From Candidatus Kuenenia stuttgartensis (GTDB taxonomy: Bacteria; Planctomycetota; Brocadiia; Brocadiales; Brocadiaceae), in NCBI RefSeq assembly GCF_900232105.1, contig NZ_LT934425.1:660001-692000 (forward strand): 32,000 nucleotides of DNA. Reading direction: 5' to 3'. The position numbers and the translations under genes are program-made. The notes below the pieces were generated by a model. It was not told where the DNA came from. It ran no database searches and was given only the letters and a program-made list of their open reading frames with translations. Below, in pieces: positions 29,417-32,000 of the stretch (positions within the stretch are counted from its first letter, which is position 1; every line of letters starts with the position of its first letter).

Positions 29417-29470
29417 CAAAATCTTCAACCGGACGCATAAAGCCGCGCCGGTTAAGGGCTTGGGTTTGGA
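29411..29470 (+). other. attC-like recombination site (59-be candidate) 1
   Basis: aGATAAC at the gene stop, AACCGG-A-CGC...GCG-CCGGTT stem with one extrahelical base, then GTTTGGA; total 60 bp. Confidence 0.5.
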
Positions 29471-29797
29471 TAATAGGGTGAGATTAATCGAAATACCGTT
29501 GACGCACCGCAAACGAGTTACAGACCTACCGGAATTAACAGGTCAAGGACACACTTCCCAGTGCTTGTGTGTGTGCAGTAAGGAAACAAGTCGCTAACGT
29601 ACCTGCACGAAATCGTAGAACTGCCGGTATTCAGGTATCACCTAAGTTATCCAATGGTCAATTATGCAGAACGGGGGAATACTGTCATTTCGCCATATAC
29701 AACACCATGGCAGGTCAACTGCAAGGCAGGCTGATGAAAGGGCAGTACTGAGAAGTTGGAAAAAGCAAATGTCATTCTATAATGGCGTGAATAGGGT

Positions 29798-30142
29798 ATG
29801 AAACATGACTTGACTCTAAAAGGTCGGGAATCAAACTTTTCGATTCTGAAAGGAATGCCTACTTCCAACAGGTGTTTCATTGCGGGAAAATTGAAAGAAT
29901 ATTCGGAGGCAGGAACGCAAATGACGGGAATCAATCCTGGTGCTCTTCCCGATGATGCAATAACGTGGCATACCATAAATTGGGATGCTGCAAGGCGTCA
30001 CGTCAGAAGACTGCAAATGCGTATCGCAAAGGCTGTAAAGGAAGGAAGACCAGGCAAGGTGAAAGCTTTGCAATGGCTCCTTACCCACTCTTTCCACGCC
30101 AAGCTCCTGGCTGTTAAAAGAGTGACCTCAAAATCGAGGTAA
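29798..30142 (+). pseudogene. N-terminal fragment of group II intron reverse transcriptase/maturase
   Basis: [59 protein letters not shown] then stop; matches the RT0 leader of intron-encoded proteins, everything after is missing. Confidence 0.82.
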
Positions 30143-30184
30143 AACAGTCTGGTTGTCCTACAAGGGCAGCTTATTGAAATACTT

Positions 30185-30218
30185 GAGCTGTATGGTGGGA
30201 AACTATCACGTACAGTTC
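30185..30218 (+). ncRNA. Group II intron domain V
   Basis: 34 nt GAGCTGTA-TGGTGG-GAAA-CTATCA-CG-TACAGTTC: 8-bp lower stem with AGC triad, 2-nt bulge, 6-bp upper stem, GAAA loop. Confidence 0.9.
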
Positions 30219-30269
30219 TTAGGAGGGTATCGGGCAGCAATGCCCGTGACCTATCCGATTCCGTTGAAA

Positions 30270-30320
30270 GGAAGTGAGGACGACCTCACCGCTCCAATAT
30301 ACATAGGGGACGACCTCAGC
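30270..30320 (+). promoter_or_regulatory. Guanidine-II riboswitch (mini-ykkC)
   Basis: Two hairpins with ACGA loops: GTGAGG-ACGA-CCTCAC (30274-30289) and GGGG-ACGA-CCTC (30306-30317), 16-nt linker, just upstream of the SD and start of an SMR exporter. Confidence 0.9.
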
Positions 30321-30338
30321 ATTTGTGAAGGCAAATAT

Positions 30339-30659
30339 ATGGCGTGGATCATTCTTGTTATTGCGGGACTGTTTGAGACTGGCTGGGCGATCGGGTTGAA
30401 GTACACCGAGGGGTTCACCCGATTGTGGCCTACGGTCTGGACAGTCTTGGCGATGATTATCAGTCTTTGGTTACTGGGCATTGCCTTGAAGTCGCTTCCG
30501 ATTGGCACCGCTTACGCCATTTTGGTAGGAGTTGGAACCGTCGGAACCGTTGCGCTAGGCATCGTACTGTTTGGAGAATCTACGAATACTGCCCGGCTCA
30601 TCAGCATTGCTCTGATTATTGCCGGTATCGTCGGGCTTAAGCTTGCGACACCGGCCTAA
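30339..30659 (+). CDS. gdx: SMR-family guanidinium exporter (Gdx/SugE subfamily), 106 aa
   Basis: [39 protein letters not shown]...[29 protein letters not shown]...GIVGLKL. Start moved from track 30153 to 30339 on the basis of homology and the riboswitch. Confidence 0.92.
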   Translation: MAWIILVIAGLFETGWAIGLKYTEGFTRLWPTVWTVLAMIISLWLLGIALKSLPIGTAYAILVGVGTVGTVALGIVLFGESTNTARLISIALIIAGIVGLKLATPA

Positions 30660-30735
30660 CAACGTGTTCAACCCTGACGAGCAAAAACATCGCTTCTCTC
30701 TGCTTTTGCTAGTCGGTTAATATGAACATTACCCC
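30654..30735 (+). other. attC-like recombination site candidate 2
   Basis: GCCTAAC fused to the gdx stop; AACGTGTTCAACCCTGACGAGCAAAAACA pairs imperfectly with TGCTTTTGCTAGTCGGTTAATATGAACATT. 3' GTTRRRY box degenerate. Confidence 0.5.
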
Positions 30736-30813
30736 AAAAAACAATACTTCTATTATTCATGTGACGTGCTATACTAATAAAAACAATAACCTTGAATTTG
30801 AGGGAAGAACAGT

Positions 30814-31014
30814 ATGTCAACTGTAAGCAAAATCAAAGAAGCGATAGAAACCCTTCCAGAAAATGAGTATGTCCAATTGAGGCAGTGGTTTTTGGAAAAA
30901 GACTGGGAAAAATGGGATAATCAGATTTTAGCGGATTCAGAAGCAGGAACGCTGGATCCCCTGATCAAGGAAGCCTTTGAAGAAAAATCGAAGGGAAAGC
31001 TTAAAGAACTATAA
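30814..31014 (+). CDS. Small antitoxin-like protein (addiction module component)
   Basis: MSTVSKIKEAIETLPENEYVQLRQWFLEKDWEKWDNQILADSEAGTLDPLIKEAFEEKSKGKLKEL; immediately followed by the toxin ATG. Confidence 0.75.
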   Translation: MSTVSKIKEAIETLPENEYVQLRQWFLEKDWEKWDNQILADSEAGTLDPLIKEAFEEKSKGKLKEL

Positions 31015-31275
31015 ATGCATCGGACAACAAATCGATCCTGAAAATATTTTGAGAATCTTCCACCACTTGTTCAAAAGAGAGCTAAGAAGAATTTTGAGCT
31101 TCTCAAAAAGAACCATTCGCATCCATCTCTTCATTTTAAAAAAGTTGGAGAGCTTTGGTCAGCCAGAGTCGGAATGAATCATAGGACACTTTCTGTTGAA
31201 AATGGTAAAGATTATATTTGGGTTTGGATAGGTACTCACGATGAGTACGAGTGTATGATTAATAAAAAGGTCTAA
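31015..31275 (+). pseudogene. RelE/ParE-superfamily toxin with in-frame TGA at codon 9
   Basis: MHRTTNRS[TGA]KYFENLPPLVQKRAKKNFELLKKNHSHPSLHFKKVGELWSARVGMNHRTLSVENGKDYIWVWIGTHDEYECMINKKV*. Confidence 0.75.
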
Positions 31276-31388
31276 CAAGCGCATTAAGCTAACCACCAAT
31301 ACTATATGCGATTTAATATTTATTGAGGCTGCCGCTTCAAGCCTTTCTTGCAAGCATTACGTACAGGCGGTGGTTGCTTATACGAGAC
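31270..31388 (+). other. attC-like or long hairpin site candidate 3
   Basis: GTCTAAC fused to the toxin stop; AAGC-T-AACCACC pairs with GGTGGTT-GCTT across about 70 nt, with an outer GTCT...AGAC match. Confidence 0.4.
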
Positions 31389-31436
31389 ATCAGCAGCAAG
31401 TATTGGCAATAAATCAATCTGTACATCGGGGTTAAT

Positions 31437-31913
31437 ATGAGTGGAATAAAAGATATATCCGACCGAATGGGGCGAGTTGTTTATGGCCTAATTAGTTTAA
31501 GCCTAGGGCTTATAAGTTTCGCAATGATGGTGGTTGCCTTATGGGGCATTTGGGTCTCAGTACACGAAAAAACCCTTCTTGAGAAAGCTCTTCTTGATGC
31601 AATTGGTTTGATTGTGATTGGAATGGCAGTCTTTGATGTTTCCAAGTTTTTGGCGGAGGAAGAGGTCTTTAACAGTGGTGGCGCGAAATCGCCCACAAAA
31701 CAGAGAGAGAGCTTATTAAAGTTTCTCGCCATCATTGCCATCGCTGTAAGTCTGGAAGCCCTGGTGTTCATTTTTGATGCCGGGAAAAAAGAAATTAGTA
31801 GTTTGATTTATCCAACATTTTTGTTAATCGCTGCGGTTTCGGTGGTGGTCGGTCTTGGTGTGTATCAAAAACTGACTCGGAATGATGGGGATTCATCGCA
31901 AAACAACCTATAG
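31437..31913 (+). CDS. Hypothetical membrane protein (about 4 TM)
   Basis: 158 aa with hydrophobic segments LISLSLGLISFAMMVVALWGIWV, ALLDAIGLIVIGMAVF, FLAIIAIAVSLEALVFIF, FLLIAAVSVVVGLGVY. Confidence 0.65.
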   Translation: MSGIKDISDRMGRVVYGLISLSLGLISFAMMVVALWGIWVSVHEKTLLEKALLDAIGLIVIGMAVFDVSKFLAEEEVFNSGGAKSPTKQRESLLKFLAIIAIAVSLEALVFIFDAGKKEISSLIYPTFLLIAAVSVVVGLGVYQKLTRNDGDSSQNNL

Positions 31914-32000
31914 TCGCGATGACAGTTCGAATGTAACGGTAGCGTATTTTTGTAGATGGTATATGTTCGATGTTTAAGAGCAAATGCATGGCTACTAACA

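Larger units (their letters stand above)
29571..30254 (+). mobile_element. Degenerate, internally deleted group II intron (approximate ends)
   Basis: 5' GTGTGCAGTAAGGAAAC-like start, intron-encoded-protein N-terminus, canonical domain V (30185-30218) and domain VI hairpin followed by CCTAT. Confidence 0.75.

Noticed and set aside
30153-30338. N-terminal extension of the SMR transporter ORF ([11 protein letters not shown]... before MAWIILV)
   Set aside because: The extension translates intron domain V/VI and the riboswitch; family members start at MAWI and an SD sits just before 30339.
30977-31177. 66-aa ORF overlapping the antitoxin end and toxin
   Set aside because: It is an off-frame reading; the toxin-family similarity lies in the frame starting at 31015.
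31015-31275. TGA recoding (Trp or selenocysteine) in the toxin
   Set aside because: Other genes end normally and no SECIS-like context was identified; a simple nonsense mutation is more economical, pending read verification.
1-32000. tRNA or rRNA genes
   Set aside because: No cloverleaf-like or rRNA-conserved stretches were recognised by eye; a tRNAscan/Infernal run would be needed to exclude them formally.

Overview
Overall call (inference from gene content and protein sequence style; no database search was possible): chromosomal DNA, most likely from an anammox-type planctomycete (Brocadiales). About 0-26 kb is conventional chromosome: a GT9 glycosyltransferase, a two-component system, an HtrA-type protease, a four-gene gliding-type ABC/DUF4340 cluster, an omega-like subunit, cysK-cysE, an LsrF-like aldolase plus Zn-dehydrogenase, a TPR protein, a csrA-fliW-flgL-flgK-flgN-rod-binding flagellar cluster, and a large NTPase-TPR protein. 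About 26.3-32 kb is accessory. I read it as a decayed integron-like locus. It has a truncated divergent integron-type tyrosine recombinase split by a 160-bp MITE; the MITE has 15-bp terminal inverted repeats and an 8-bp target duplication, and removing it restores the reading frame. Co-oriented cassette-like genes follow: a HEPN/Apea-like protein, a guanidinium-exporter-type SMR gene behind a textbook two-hairpin guanidine-II (mini-ykkC) riboswitch, a toxin-antitoxin pair whose toxin has an in-frame TGA, and a small membrane protein. Three of these genes have stop codons fused to attC-like TAAC boxes followed by imperfect hairpins. A deleted group II intron, with a canonical 34-nt domain V and a truncated intron-encoded protein, sits directly upstream of the riboswitch. 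There are also two copies of a 67-73 bp palindromic element and a four-copy short repeat cluster.
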